Shown: positions 10,396 through 20,799, numbered from the stretch's first letter. The stretch is DNA of 64,000 nt from Candidatus Bathyarchaeota archaeon (GCA_963720565.1 CAVRFW010000005.1:1-64000); one strand, 5' to 3'. Made by a program: numbers and translations. The notes: generated by a model from the sequence alone, not told the origin.

Positions 10396-10712
10396 TAGAA
10401 TATGGGGGGTTGCATCGAAAATACGCAGTTTATCAAAATCAAGATAACTGATGGAATCACAATAATAGCATAAAATGTGAATAGTCTTCGTTTGTCTTCA
10501 TCCTCAAAAAATTGCCTTCCAATTCCGATTATTCCAACTGTGAGAAGAATTGTTCCTCCAAGCATAGAAATCCAGAAAATAGGCATCGTGGGCAACGATG
10601 TCAACATGTTGTCTAAACCAATAACATTCGAATAGAGAGCAGCAAAAAGTATTGATAGAGAAATAGTTCCCAAGATTGCAATGAATCCATAAACAAGTTT
10701 AGGATGTTTCAT
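10392..10712 (-). CDS. MKH(P/S)xL family 3-TM protein, copy 1
   Basis: shared MKHP..YGF and GI.GIGRQ motifs. Confidence 0.75.
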   Translation of the reverse strand: MKHPKLVYGFIAILGTISLSILFAALYSNVIGLDNMLTSLPTMPIFWISMLGGTILLTVGIIGIGRQFFEDEDKRRLFTFYAIIVIPSVILILINCVFSMQPPIFY

Positions 10713-10733
10713 CTTTTCGCCTCCATAGTGATT

Positions 10734-11058
10734 CTAGAGCCCAACAGGCGCACTCACCGACAAGAAAATGTACAAGAAGAAGATGCAAGCCACAATTAGT
10801 TGAATAGCATATAGAGCAAATAGGCTTCCGTTGTTCCTTGGAATATTGCTTGCCTATTCCCCATATTCCAGCAGTAAGAAGAACTGTTCCTCCAGGCAGA
10901 CAGAACAAGAAAATAGGGGTAAAAAGTGGTATGGATAACAATGAAGCAAATGTGCTTCCTGAACCAAAATTCTTTTGATAAAGAATTGCAAAGAATATTG
11001 TGAGAAGGACAATTCCCAAAACTGCAATGAATCCGAGAATAAATGCAGGATGTTTCAT
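10734..11058 (-). CDS. MKH(P/S)xL family, copy 2 (frameshift near 10825)
   Basis: shifted frame gives LFALYAIQLIVACIFFLYIFLSVSAPVGL-stop at 10734. Confidence 0.7.
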
Positions 11059-11079
11059 CTCTTTGACTCCATAGCGATT

Positions 11080-11415
11080 TTAGTATCCAATGGTTAGTGT
11101 GTTCATCCAAAAATAAAAAAGCAAGCTGAAGATGAGCAATGGAACTAAAACAACATGAAACCAAAACAACCTTTGAGACATGTTCTTGAAGAAATATTGC
11201 TTTCCAACTCCACACACTCCAAGAGCCAGTGAGAATGTTCCACCAATGAAGAATAATATGCGAAGATTACTAGAAACATCATTAAGAAGGCTTTGAGAGT
11301 GCACTAACGCCAGAAGGTCAAACCAATCAGCAAGACTCCAAGGCAGCGCAACAAAGATTAGAGAGACAACTCCTAAAACCGCAAAGAATCCATAAACAAG
11401 CCTAGGATGCTTCAT
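11080..11415 (-). CDS. MKH(P/S)xL family, copy 3
   Basis: MKHPRLVYGF; GVGKQY. Confidence 0.75.
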   Translation of the reverse strand: MKHPRLVYGFFAVLGVVSLIFVALPWSLADWFDLLALVHSQSLLNDVSSNLRILFFIGGTFSLALGVCGVGKQYFFKNMSQRLFWFHVVLVPLLIFSLLFYFWMNTLTIGY

Positions 11416-11435
11416 CGTTTAGCTCCATAGTGATT

Positions 11436-11785
11436 TTAGAATCCAACTGTTAATGCACCCATCCAGAAATACAAAAACAAGCCAAACACAACTGATAGAA
11501 TTACAATCACAGCAAGTATTGTAAATGAGTCTACACGCCTGCGTGTAAATGGGTTTGGACTATTCACTAGATATTGCCTTCCAATTCCCACTATCCCAGC
11601 TTTGAGAAAAAATGTTCCACCCAACAAACAAAACCAGATAAAACAACCTAAAGATGCTGGACAGAGGAAAACAATCTCCAAACACTATTGTAAACAGCAT
11701 TATCAGCAATAATCGTAAAAAGTGTTGACAGAAGGACAATTCCTAGGACTGCCATGAATACATAAACAAGTCTAGAATGTTTCAC
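11436..11785 (-). CDS. MKH(P/S)xL family, copy 4 (frameshift near 11690)
   Basis: GTG-KHSRLVYVF at 11785 joins ORF 11436-11681. Confidence 0.7.
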
Positions 11786-12056
11786 TACTATTTTCCTGCA
11801 AGGCTTAAGCACTCAACTGGTTAAAGCTGTAGATATTTGGGTTTTATGAATACACAGTAAAGTTTTCTCTACGCACCAAAAACTGTTACCATGTTTCTGA
11901 AAGCTAGCCAGCATCAAAGTTTCCCTATGCAAGAAAATAAAATAGGAAAGAAGCAAGCGCATATGACTAAGCATTCTAAGCTGTTTATAGAGTGTTTTCA
12001 AGCCCTTTCTGGACCAAAGTAAGCTGTATTATCGCATTTTGATTTTCAACAATTGA

Positions 12057-12674
12057 TTATGGTAATGTGAATTGAGCCCTGCCATTATTACAATCCCAAC
12101 TACCACCAAGTATTACAAGATACTCTCCTGATGGAAGAGTAGTGTTAAAATTCACAGCAAAAGTTTTTTCTGAACCACCTGGCAAGACACATAATCCTTC
12201 GTCATTGCACAATGATGCAGCCAAGGTGCCATTGCTGTAATCGACATATGCACTGAAAATTCTACTATCACTGCTAACAATTGATTTAACACTAAGAGAG
12301 AGGACAAGTGGACTATCATCAACCACTATGACTTGTGTTATTTCACTCCTCATTGGGGGGTATAGGAACAGTGTATTGTCAGCAATCGCTGTAGTTGCAG
12401 AAAACACTGCGGCAAAAGTCAACACAGGAACCAAAACAGCAGCAAGCGCAGTGAAAAGCCGCTTGTGGCTCTTAAGATGCTGCCTTCCAATTCCAACAAT
12501 TCCAACCGTCAGAAAGAATACTCCAATAAGCAAGAAATAGAGTAAAAATTTAAATGGCAATGCAAAAACGCTTATTGCGTCTATACAGTTCAAGTAGTAG
12601 CCTACAAGACACAATGTCAGGAAGACTATTCCCAAGATTGCAAGTAATCCATAGAAAAGTCTGGAGTGCTTCAC
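12057..12674 (-). CDS. MKH(P/S)xL family, copy 5, with extra C-terminal Ig-like domain
   Basis: same N-terminus plus a beta-rich extension (LPSGEYLVIL). Confidence 0.75.
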   Translation of the reverse strand: MKHSRLFYGLLAILGIVFLTLCLVGYYLNCIDAISVFALPFKFLLYFLLIGVFFLTVGIVGIGRQHLKSHKRLFTALAAVLVPVLTFAAVFSATTAIADNTLFLYPPMRSEITQVIVVDDSPLVLSLSVKSIVSSDSRIFSAYVDYSNGTLAASLCNDEGLCVLPGGSEKTFAVNFNTTLPSGEYLVILGGSWDCNNGRAQFTLP

Positions 12675-12765
12675 TTTTGGCTAGCCTGCAGGAATCCGTT
12701 GGACCTGTTAATATTTGGTTTTTATGAATACACAGTAAAGTTTTCTCCACTCACCAAAAAAAACT

Positions 12766-13047
12766 CTATGTTGTGCTTTGTCTTGCCTCTCTGCCTCTTC
12801 CCAGCTTGATGATAAAATATAGATTGACCACGACTGATAGCCAGAAGATCACGAATGGAAAATTAGGAATAATGACAAACCCAAGCATGTTGTTTGAGGG
12901 TGTAGCTTGAATCCAGAGCCAGTTAGAGAACACTATGCACCCATTGCAAATCATCCAGACATAGGCATTGCCCCAGACAAAAAGCAAACACAACAAAACA
13001 TTAACCAAAATCACAAGTTTCATATGTTTGGACACAGGCTCACCCAA
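12766..13047 (-). CDS. Small 2-TM protein (paralog of 15033-15344)
   Basis: KLVILVN...PF.IFW....NLYFIIKL.R. Confidence 0.7.
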   Translation of the reverse strand: MGEPVSKHMKLVILVNVLLCLLFVWGNAYVWMICNGCIVFSNWLWIQATPSNNMLGFVIIPNFPFVIFWLSVVVNLYFIIKLGRGREARQSTT

Positions 13048-13175
13048 TACAGAACAAGTTCAAAGAGAGATTTAATTTTTCTGCAAAGTTTTCTCTACAC
13101 ACCAAATTTCTTAAACAAAACTATCATAATAAGAAGACACATAGAAAATAAACACTAAGAGTAGTTGCAATTAGC

Positions 13176-13670
13176 ATGTCATTTTCACCTGTCGCAATTC
13201 CTCCAATGTGGGATTATATACAGTATTATACATGGCTAATGGGAGCATTCATCATAGCAGGAATAGTTGCCTTGCTAGCTTACCCAGCACATTATCGAAA
13301 AGTAGCCTTGTTCTGGGGCATCACTGGACTCTCCCAAATAGTTGTTTCCGGACTTACTTATTATCCAGACTTTATCTTTGTTGTTTTTCCATACGCAACA
13401 CTAGGACTTTTTGCTCTAACATGCGGAACAGTAATGCTAACATATGGTTCAATAACATCAAAGCAAACCAGCAACGCGATGGGCGTAGGATTTCTAGTAT
13501 TGGGCTGCATCTTGCTTCTTCCCATCATCAATTTCTTAGCAATGTACTTTGTTCTAGTTCAAATAGAATTTCTAGTATCTGGACTTATCACCATAGCTTG
13601 TGGAATCTTGATTTTATACAAAGCAAAGTTTTCTCTACGCACCCAGACTCATTTGCGTTTCTTGAAGTAA
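13176..13670 (+). CDS. Multi-TM membrane protein; reads through a repeat copy
   Basis: hydrophobic ORF; 3' end spans the 13625 motif. Confidence 0.65.
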   Translation: MSFSPVAIPPMWDYIQYYTWLMGAFIIAGIVALLAYPAHYRKVALFWGITGLSQIVVSGLTYYPDFIFVVFPYATLGLFALTCGTVMLTYGSITSKQTSNAMGVGFLVLGCILLLPIINFLAMYFVLVQIEFLVSGLITIACGILILYKAKFSLRTQTHLRFLK

Positions 13671-14605
13671 ACAAGCAAACCTATGGCAGCCAAAACTATC
13701 CCAATTATTGAGACTGCTATGAGAACAACTTGAACATCCACAGGTTCTTGAATTGACTGGACTACAGGTAGAATAGATGAGAAATTCGGAATAGCCAAAG
13801 GATTCACCAAGGGATGATTATCCTGAAATACTCTTTTCTCAAAACCTATAGAATCCGGAAAAGAATAAGGCATATTCCACACTCCAGAAGAATCAACTTC
13901 TGATGCATTTGGATATCTCGTTGAATAGTCGCTCCAATAGTTTCTGTCAAATGTTTCATCTCCACTAAGGGCTAAATGAGCCCCAAAAACAATGTTATTC
14001 TCTGTTACCGTGTTGCCACTGACAGCAAAATGCATGTAGATTGCAGGTGAACCCCCAATAGTACAATGAGTAATATTATTGCCTGAACTACCCCAAAACA
14101 AAATACCCAAACTATCCCCAGAGAAATTACCTGTTCCATTTTGAGTAACAAAGTCATTTGAGATGCAATTGCCATAAAAGGTATGTTTACCTCCAAAATC
14201 ACATTTTATGCCCCACTTGAAGTTTGTTATTCGCAGGTTTCTTACAGTTACGTTCCAAATATCCAGTTCAGAAGGATGCCCTGTTGCTTCGCTTGATATG
14301 TCTATTCCTGTCCCATTATTGCCATTAAGGGTGAATCCAACCCCATCAATTACAATGTTGCTTTTTCGCACCTGTATGTTGCCTGAAATGTTACCAGTAA
14401 AAGTGTAAGTGTTCAAGTTGCGTTGGATCTGGTTAGTTCCTTCTATGCTTCCATCATCATTGATGGTTATTACTACTTCTCTTTGTTGAAGTGTTTGGGC
14501 ACTAACTATAGAAGGTTGAGCATTTGCCAAATTTACTATCTGACTTTCAACTGCTATGACTAATAACAGAAGTGCCAACGTCAGCACTAACGCTGTCTTC
14601 TTCAT
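13649..14605 (-). CDS. NosD/right-handed beta-helix surface protein
   Basis: signal peptide; NIVIDGVG; NYWSDY; C-terminal TM followed by KKRK. Confidence 0.85.
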   Translation of the reverse strand: MKKTALVLTLALLLLVIAVESQIVNLANAQPSIVSAQTLQQREVVITINDDGSIEGTNQIQRNLNTYTFTGNISGNIQVRKSNIVIDGVGFTLNGNNGTGIDISSEATGHPSELDIWNVTVRNLRITNFKWGIKCDFGGKHTFYGNCISNDFVTQNGTGNFSGDSLGILFWGSSGNNITHCTIGGSPAIYMHFAVSGNTVTENNIVFGAHLALSGDETFDRNYWSDYSTRYPNASEVDSSGVWNMPYSFPDSIGFEKRVFQDNHPLVNPLAIPNFSSILPVVQSIQEPVDVQVVLIAVSIIGIVLAAIGLLVYFKKRK

Positions 14606-14754
14606 ATCAGCACCATCTTACACAACGTCTCAAAGGCTTACTTAGCTCTCCACGAAGAACAGTCTGTTCTCCTAAAAGAACACTAAAATGATGCTTTACT
14701 CATAAAGAACCAGTCTTTCTGTACGCACCAAAAAGTAGAGTATTACAGAGTTGG

Positions 14755-14958
14755 TCATGCTATTGGTGTGCCGTAAGAATAGAACAGAACCAAAAAGACC
14801 ATGTAAACAGCATAAGCGATAACGCTAATGATTAAGACCTGAGTTTCCTTCTTCTTAACATGTTCCGCCTTTTTTGCTACTGACCAAAGCACCGCATTAG
14901 CTCCAACTAACGCCAACAACCCCAATAGAGTAAACACCAAGAAGTCCATAGGACCCAT
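14755..14958 (-). CDS. Small 2-TM protein
   Basis: ATG at 14958; two hydrophobic segments. Confidence 0.6.
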   Translation of the reverse strand: MGPMDFLVFTLLGLLALVGANAVLWSVAKKAEHVKKKETQVLIISVIAYAVYMVFLVLFYSYGTPIA

Positions 14959-15032
14959 TTTCTCACTATTCCGATTACTGAAATCCTTTCGCAATACAAA
15001 GTTTTCTCTACGCACCAATAAGAACAAGGACT

Positions 15033-15344
15033 CTATGTTGTGTTTTGTTTTTCCTCCTTGCTCCTTTCAAGCTTAATGATGAAATACAGATTTGCTGCAA
15101 GCATAATCCAGAATATCCAAAATGGAATATTATTCATTTGCTGGACAGGCACCATATGAATACTCTCTGCAATCGGAAACGCAGTAACCTTGAGTGCAGA
15201 CCATTGAGTTCCATACCCAAAATTAAACAAACGATTAACATCTCCCCACAAACTAAAAGAGAAAAAAGCATAAAGCAAACCCAACAAGGCATTAACCAAA
15301 ATAACAAGTTTCAGCTGTTTAAACACGGACCCACCCCTATACAA
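15033..15344 (-). CDS. Small 2-TM protein (paralog of 12766-13047)
   Basis: shared N- and C-terminal sequence. Confidence 0.7.
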   Translation of the reverse strand: MYRGGSVFKQLKLVILVNALLGLLYAFFSFSLWGDVNRLFNFGYGTQWSALKVTAFPIAESIHMVPVQQMNNIPFWIFWIMLAANLYFIIKLERSKEEKQNTT

Positions 15345-15520
15345 TAGAAGAGCATTTAGGATTTAATTTTTCTGCAAGTTTTTGTACGCACTCAGACTAA
15401 GATGCAGTATCACATATTGGTCAATTGGCAATGGCAAGTTTTCAACATCTGGTAAGCTGAGTTGAACTGGGCACATTTTTATATGGCTATAACTCTGTTA
15501 TATTATTGGACCTGTGATTC

Positions 15521-16025
15521 ATGCAGACCTGGAAAGATGGTGAATTCTGGCTAGCCACATCAATAATCTTTGTCACCATTGCTGTATCAATCATAGTGTA
15601 TCTGAGATTGTTTAATCTGAATTTCTTTGTTGGACCTTTCAGACTGACTCACTGGTTCACTTGGATAGGAACTCTCTTCATAGCAATCTACACTCCAATC
15701 TACCATGCGGCTAAACAGAAGTATCCTACAAAATTGAGCACCCTGCTTAGAATCCATGTTTTTGGAAACCTTTTCTCCTTCATGTTGATAACTGCACATT
15801 TCGCCCAGCAAATTAGCAGACCTGCAGAATCCTTTCCAGACCTAGGCACCGGAATGGCACTCTACATAGTTATGCCACTTCTTAGTGCTAACAGGTTACA
15901 TGCAAAGATTTAGTGTATTGAAAAGCATGAAACCTCAAACCAAGAGGTTTGTGCATATTGCTTTAGCCCTCACATTCTACATAACAATAGTTGTCCACAT
16001 CCTTCACGGACTAAATATCATTTAG
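15521..16025 (+). CDS. His-rich membrane protein, possibly heme b-binding (frameshift near 15885)
   Basis: TM helices with His; shifted frame TGYMQRF...VHILHGLNII-stop. Confidence 0.55.
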
Positions 16026-16141
16026 CACAACACCATTCTTTCTTTTCTTTCATTTTCTGCAAAGTTTTCTCTACGCACCAAACACTAATCTTTCCAAAAC
16101 AAGATGCTTTGTCGAATCTTAGAAAAACAAAGAATTATTCA

Positions 16142-16667
16142 CTAAAGTAGCAACTCTAAATGAATATCCTTTGGCTCCAACATGTACAGTTTTGGATTCA
16201 CTTTAGAAACTAACTTACAGCCCATATGCAAGTAAAAACCAATTGTATTCTTTGATGGCGTTGCCGAAATATACAATCTCTTAGCACCCAACTCTTTAGC
16301 CTTCATCACAACCTTTCTAAACAATCGTCCTCCAACGCCCTTATGCCTATAATTGCTGTCTACCTGATGAAAAACTAATTGAAGCTGATCCTTATTCTCC
16401 CCTATGAACTCAGACTCCAAAGCAGAGACCCCGATTAGCCTATTTTCCGCAAAGGCACCTAACAAGACACCATTTCTATCATAAATATCATAGAGACGGG
16501 CAATGCTCCTGTCAAGTTCAGCAGCATTCCAACCTTTCATATCATAAAATTCGTCTTTAAGAACAAGTTTTCCATCGATTAAATAGTAAACCTGCTCCAC
16601 TACCTCATTTTCTAGTAATATTCCTCACTTTTTCTATTTCATTTCTTCTAAGAGTTCTAATTTCCAT
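16142..16667 (-). CDS. GNAT acetyltransferase (frameshift near 16610)
   Basis: VDSNYRHKGVG motif A; FYLHMG; MEIRTLRR start at 16667. Confidence 0.85.
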
Positions 16668-16855
16668 TTTAGTATATAGAGGAGCAACTCTTCCATCTTA
16701 ACTTTTTCATTCTTAGCAAGGTTTCCCAGACGCTCCAAAACTGTTCTTTAATGGTCATTACAAGCATGCGCGCGCGGGGAAGGATAAAACATAAGAACGC
16801 GAACAAACAATCCACTGCCGAAAAGGAAAATGTATTTTTAAGAGAGGAGAATTCG

Positions 16856-17527
16856 TTGAGCCTTCTAAAGAAAGCTCCAATCAGGGTTGTCCTCGCAGCC
16901 TTAATCATCTTTGCAGTTACGCTCCTCATCACCTACTCGGCGATAAGCTTAGCCACGCCAGAACAACTCGGATACTCCACACCTTCCGATGACATGCCAA
17001 CCAAACCTTCTCCAAACGTCGGAGGAGAAGCATTCGCCGAAGACAATTGGGTAGGAGTCTTCGTCGTCGGTCCAGCTCCCGGAGATACAAACGTCTCCCG
17101 AGACACCTTCATCTTCTTATTCGAAACAAGACCAGTAGCAATTGACTTGCACCTGACCCCCGAAACGCCTATCGCTCGAACAACAAAAGAACCGGATGGC
17201 ATGTCTGAGATCACAACGCTTTACCCGGATGGGCTTCTTGAGCCCAACACAACATACAACGTTTCAGGAACCATCATGGGGCTGTCAGCCTGGTGGACCT
17301 TCAAGACCAGTTTTGAACCAACCCAGCCGAGAATGGAGCGCATTCTACCTCAAAACACTTGGTTAATCACCATCGGTGCAGCAACCTTGACAACATTAAT
17401 CTTCACCTTAACAGCCATACTGTGGCACCGTCACAAGTTGACCCTGTTTCGCAGAATCGCCAAGGAAAATGACAAAGGAACCATAGCGAAAGCGCGCGCT
17501 CTACTTGGTGCGAGGATTGCCGGGTAA
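16856..17527 (+). CDS. Membrane-anchored Ig-like (Big_5-like) protein
   Basis: GAGGAG then TTG; PAPGDTNVS...LEPNTTYNV...WTFKT. Confidence 0.65.
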   Translation: MSLLKKAPIRVVLAALIIFAVTLLITYSAISLATPEQLGYSTPSDDMPTKPSPNVGGEAFAEDNWVGVFVVGPAPGDTNVSRDTFIFLFETRPVAIDLHLTPETPIARTTKEPDGMSEITTLYPDGLLEPNTTYNVSGTIMGLSAWWTFKTSFEPTQPRMERILPQNTWLITIGAATLTTLIFTLTAILWHRHKLTLFRRIAKENDKGTIAKARALLGARIAG

Positions 17528-17568
17528 TTCAGATGCAGTTTAAGCAAACATATGGCATATGGGAATAA
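17505..17568 (+). pseudogene. 3' fragment of a zinc-ribbon microprotein gene
   Basis: WCEDCRVIQMQFKQTYGIWE-stop; homologous to 18821-18884. Confidence 0.6.
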
Positions 17569-17654
17569 AGTGTGCATGATTCAGAACAGAGAACCAACTC
17601 AAACGGTCTGCCAAACAGATATAAAATAAGGAAGAGCGTGCGCCTAGGACGCAG

Positions 17655-18092
17655 TTACTTGGCTTCTTCTGGAAAGAGATTCTTTCCTTTTTCTGTGATT
17701 TTGATAGCACCTATTTGTTTAAACATATCTATGTTGTCAGTGACGTTCCAGTATTCTGCAAGTTTGCCATTAACTATGCGATAGATGTCAACACCCTTAG
17801 TTGTTATCTTATTGCCAGTAGGGGCTAATCCAAAAAATTCGTTTTTATGGGTCCCCGTGTAAGTAAGGCGAACCCACACCTTATCCCCTTCAGCAATTAT
17901 GTCTTCAATAGTTTCATGCCAATCGGGGAAGGCTTTAAGACCCATAGCAAATAGTTGTTTGAGTCCTTCTCGGTCTACCTTGTTGGTGTGGTCAACATAA
18001 TCTGGTGCTATAAACTCGTTGAAATCCAAGTTTCGCTTATTGTAGGCTTCAATCCACCTACGAACAATTGCCTTATTCTCTTCCAATGACAT
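17655..18092 (-). CDS. SnoaL-like ester cyclase
   Basis: ENKAIVRR, AFPD, IAEGDKV and APTG motifs. Confidence 0.9.
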   Translation of the reverse strand: MSLEENKAIVRRWIEAYNKRNLDFNEFIAPDYVDHTNKVDREGLKQLFAMGLKAFPDWHETIEDIIAEGDKVWVRLTYTGTHKNEFFGLAPTGNKITTKGVDIYRIVNGKLAEYWNVTDNIDMFKQIGAIKITEKGKNLFPEEAK

Positions 18093-18127
18093 ATAACATC
18101 ACCCGGCTGGTCTCTCTTTTTCAATAT

Positions 18128-18622
18128 TTAACGGTTCTGCTTAAGGTTCTGAGCAAACTCTTCTGCATGTTTGAGGTCTTCAGCATTAGGTCTGCCCTTA
18201 TTTATTCCCCCAAATAGTCTATTGAAACTATTAGTGTTAAAACCTGCACAACTAAATTCGTCAACAATCAAGTAACCTTTAGATTGCAGTTTTTCCCTAA
18301 GCGACGAGTGATTTTTGGCAACATACTTAGTAAACTCTGTTTTGTCTAGCTCCATGAACTTCATTGGAGCTCCACAGGTTGAGAAGATGAAAGCTTTCTT
18401 TTCAGTGACTTGTGGCAGTGCATCAGCAAAGTCAAGTAGTTCTCTGTAGTGTTTTCCGCTATCTATTCCTGCTCCAAAACCTACAAGGTCATGTTGATTT
18501 AGTTCTTCAGGATTAGTCTGTTGCGGAGACTTCACCTTTGCATCAAGCACCTTAGCTATAGCCTGGGCTACTTTTTGGGTGTTGTTATGATGGTAAGAAT
18601 ACACAACTAACAAAGACTTCAT
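18128..18622 (-). CDS. Flavodoxin family protein
   Basis: SYHHNNTQKVA; DLVGFGAG; GRPNAEDL. Confidence 0.85.
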   Translation of the reverse strand: MKSLLVVYSYHHNNTQKVAQAIAKVLDAKVKSPQQTNPEELNQHDLVGFGAGIDSGKHYRELLDFADALPQVTEKKAFIFSTCGAPMKFMELDKTEFTKYVAKNHSSLREKLQSKGYLIVDEFSCAGFNTNSFNRLFGGINKGRPNAEDLKHAEEFAQNLKQNR

Positions 18623-18740
18623 AGCAGACTCTTCCTTTCCAACTTCATTTCTTAGCCACTTCTCTGGTTTAATCACGAATAGAATCTAAGTCTCTTAAAT
18701 CATTGACCCCAGATTTAGGTTCAAAAAATGAAGATGGTTA

Positions 18741-18884
18741 ATGTGTCCTGTCTGCAAAAAAGAAGCCCGTCACTGCACCAAAGACACACATGAAGGTCCT
18801 GTCTCGAAGATGCGTAGAATTTGGTGCGAGGACTGCCGAGTAGTTCAGATGCAGTTTTAAACAAACAAACGGCAAATGGGAATA
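18741..18884 (+). CDS. Zinc-ribbon microprotein (CPVC...CEDC)
   Basis: MCPVCKKEARHC...WCEDCRVVQMQF; an extra T near 18857 truncates KQTNGKWE. Confidence 0.55.
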
Positions 18885-18993
18885 GAAAGTACTACTTCTG
18901 AGCATAGAAGCACCTTTAGCGCGCATTAAATTTAATGCCAATTGTTAAATAGAAAATAAGCTGATAGACACTAACCTGGAGAAAGGGGTAAAA

Positions 18994-19452
18994 GTGAAGT
19001 TTTACGAGAAGTATGCATGGGTGATATTACTAGCTGTAGGGCTGCTATGGTTGGTGGTTGGAATAGTTGCTGTGTTCCAGCCAGAAGGAATATTTGAGGC
19101 GGACGCCCAATCTGTCACAAACATGCCCTGGAGTGAGCTCAAGGCTTCGAGCCCTGTGGCCGCTCACTTTGTTATCTTCGTATACGGGCAAATGGGCCTA
19201 CTCAAGATAAGCTGGTCATTGTTCATATTAGCCATAACTCTAACGGGTTATCGTAGGGGAGAAAAATGGGCTTGGTATATAATGTTATTAGCTCCTATCC
19301 TCCTGGTAAGCGATGCAGTTTTCAGCGTAGTCTTCATCGGCGACATCAACCAAGTACTACAGTTTATCCCAATTACAGCCATAACGATGCTTGGGCTACT
19401 TCTGCCCTACAGGATATTCTTCCCAAAGAAACCATCGGATGTGCAACAATGA
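18994..19452 (+). CDS. Membrane protein
   Basis: 4 TM; GYRRGEKWAW. Confidence 0.7.
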   Translation: MKFYEKYAWVILLAVGLLWLVVGIVAVFQPEGIFEADAQSVTNMPWSELKASSPVAAHFVIFVYGQMGLLKISWSLFILAITLTGYRRGEKWAWYIMLLAPILLVSDAVFSVVFIGDINQVLQFIPITAITMLGLLLPYRIFFPKKPSDVQQ

Positions 19453-19853
19453 ATATAAAACTGGTACTGAGTGCAGCGTTTGCAGTTGCAGCTTACTTTT
19501 TAGGCATTATAGCCGACGCGAACCATAATACGGACAGCGTGATTTATCCCGCCGCATGTTTTTCCAAAATATTCCTCTTCTTGGCAGCCATTCCGCTTGC
19601 TAACTCTGCTGGCAAAAGCATCAGAAAACAGTTGGGCACAACGGGGATTCCAGGTTTAAGGTTCACAAGTTGGATCCTGTATGGCGTTGCAATAGTTCAT
19701 TTTGCATTTTTCTTTATGTGGCCCACTATTGCAAGCGGAAATACCCAGCTCCCAGACGGGCAAATAACGGTTGATGCTACGATTTTTCTTATGGCGTCGA
19801 TGTTTATGATTGCAGACGCCTGGAATTCACAAAAAGGCAAAGATAGTGTATAA
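19449..19853 (+). CDS. Membrane protein
   Basis: ATGA overlap with the previous gene; 4 TM. Confidence 0.6.
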   Translation: MNIKLVLSAAFAVAAYFLGIIADANHNTDSVIYPAACFSKIFLFLAAIPLANSAGKSIRKQLGTTGIPGLRFTSWILYGVAIVHFAFFFMWPTIASGNTQLPDGQITVDATIFLMASMFMIADAWNSQKGKDSV

Positions 19854-19860
19854 CTTGAAA

Positions 19861-20799
19861 ATGAAAGCAGCCCTCTACGAGAAATATGGATCGCCCGAGG
19901 TTTTAAACCTCAAAGAAATAGAAAAACCAGTTCCAAAAGACAATGAAGTACTGATAAAAATCCACGCCACAACTGTAGCAGCGGGAGACATAAGAATGCG
20001 AGGCTTCAAAGTCCCAAAGAAATTTTGGCTCCCTATGCGGTTCGCTTTAGGTTTAACAGGGCCAAAAAATAAAGTCCTTGGGATGGAGGTGTCTGGGGTA
20101 GTCGAGACAGTTGGCAAAGGTGTGGAAAAATTTAGGGTTGGTGATGAAGTCTTTGCTGCAACCGGTTTTGGTGGGGGGTATGCAGAGTATATTTGTCTTC
20201 CAGAGACAGACGTGGTGGGTAGAGTAGTTATAGAGGTCGCAAAGAAACCGGCAAATTTGACTTTTGAGGAAGCTGCTGCTGTTCCCATTGGGGGAATGAC
20301 TGCACTGGCTTTTCTTAGGAAAGCAAACGTCAAGAACGGGCAGAAAGTACTTGTGTTCGGAGCGTCGGGAAGTGTTGGCACTTATGCGGTTCAGCTTGCT
20401 AAGTATTACGGTGCAGAAGTTACCGGCGTATGTAGCGCCTCAAATTTGGAGTTAGTCAGATCTTTAGGGGCGGATATTGTGATTGATTACGTCAAAGAAG
20501 ACTTCGCCGAAAACGGTCAGAAATATGACCTTGTTTTTGACGCCGTAGGCAAAATATCGAGTTCACACGCTAAAGGATCGCTGACAGAAAACGGCGTCTT
20601 TCTCTCCACTTGGGGAGACCCAGGCGTCGAGCCAGATGACTTGTCAACACTTAGCGGTCTAATTGAAGCTGGCACACTAAAAGCGGTTATCGACAGAACA
20701 TACCCCTTGGAGCAGATAGCTGAGGCTCACAGGTATGTTGAATTGGGACACAAAAAGGGAAATGTCGTCATAACTGTGGAACATAATAATAGAACCTGA
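19861..20799 (+). CDS. NAD(P)-dependent MDR oxidoreductase (quinone reductase/ADH-like)
   Basis: GASGSVG, YAEY and AEAHRY...GNVV motifs. Confidence 0.9.
   Translation: MKAALYEKYGSPEVLNLKEIEKPVPKDNEVLIKIHATTVAAGDIRMRGFKVPKKFWLPMRFALGLTGPKNKVLGMEVSGVVETVGKGVEKFRVGDEVFAATGFGGGYAEYICLPETDVVGRVVIEVAKKPANLTFEEAAAVPIGGMTALAFLRKANVKNGQKVLVFGASGSVGTYAVQLAKYYGAEVTGVCSASNLELVRSLGADIVIDYVKEDFAENGQKYDLVFDAVGKISSSHAKGSLTENGVFLSTWGDPGVEPDDLSTLSGLIEAGTLKAVIDRTYPLEQIAEAHRYVELGHKKGNVVITVEHNNRT

Noticed and set aside
17505..18830. TTGGTGCG at 17505 and 18821 as inverted copies of the 22-bp motif
   Set aside because: The match is only 8 bp and is explained by Trp-Cys codons of the zinc-ribbon gene.
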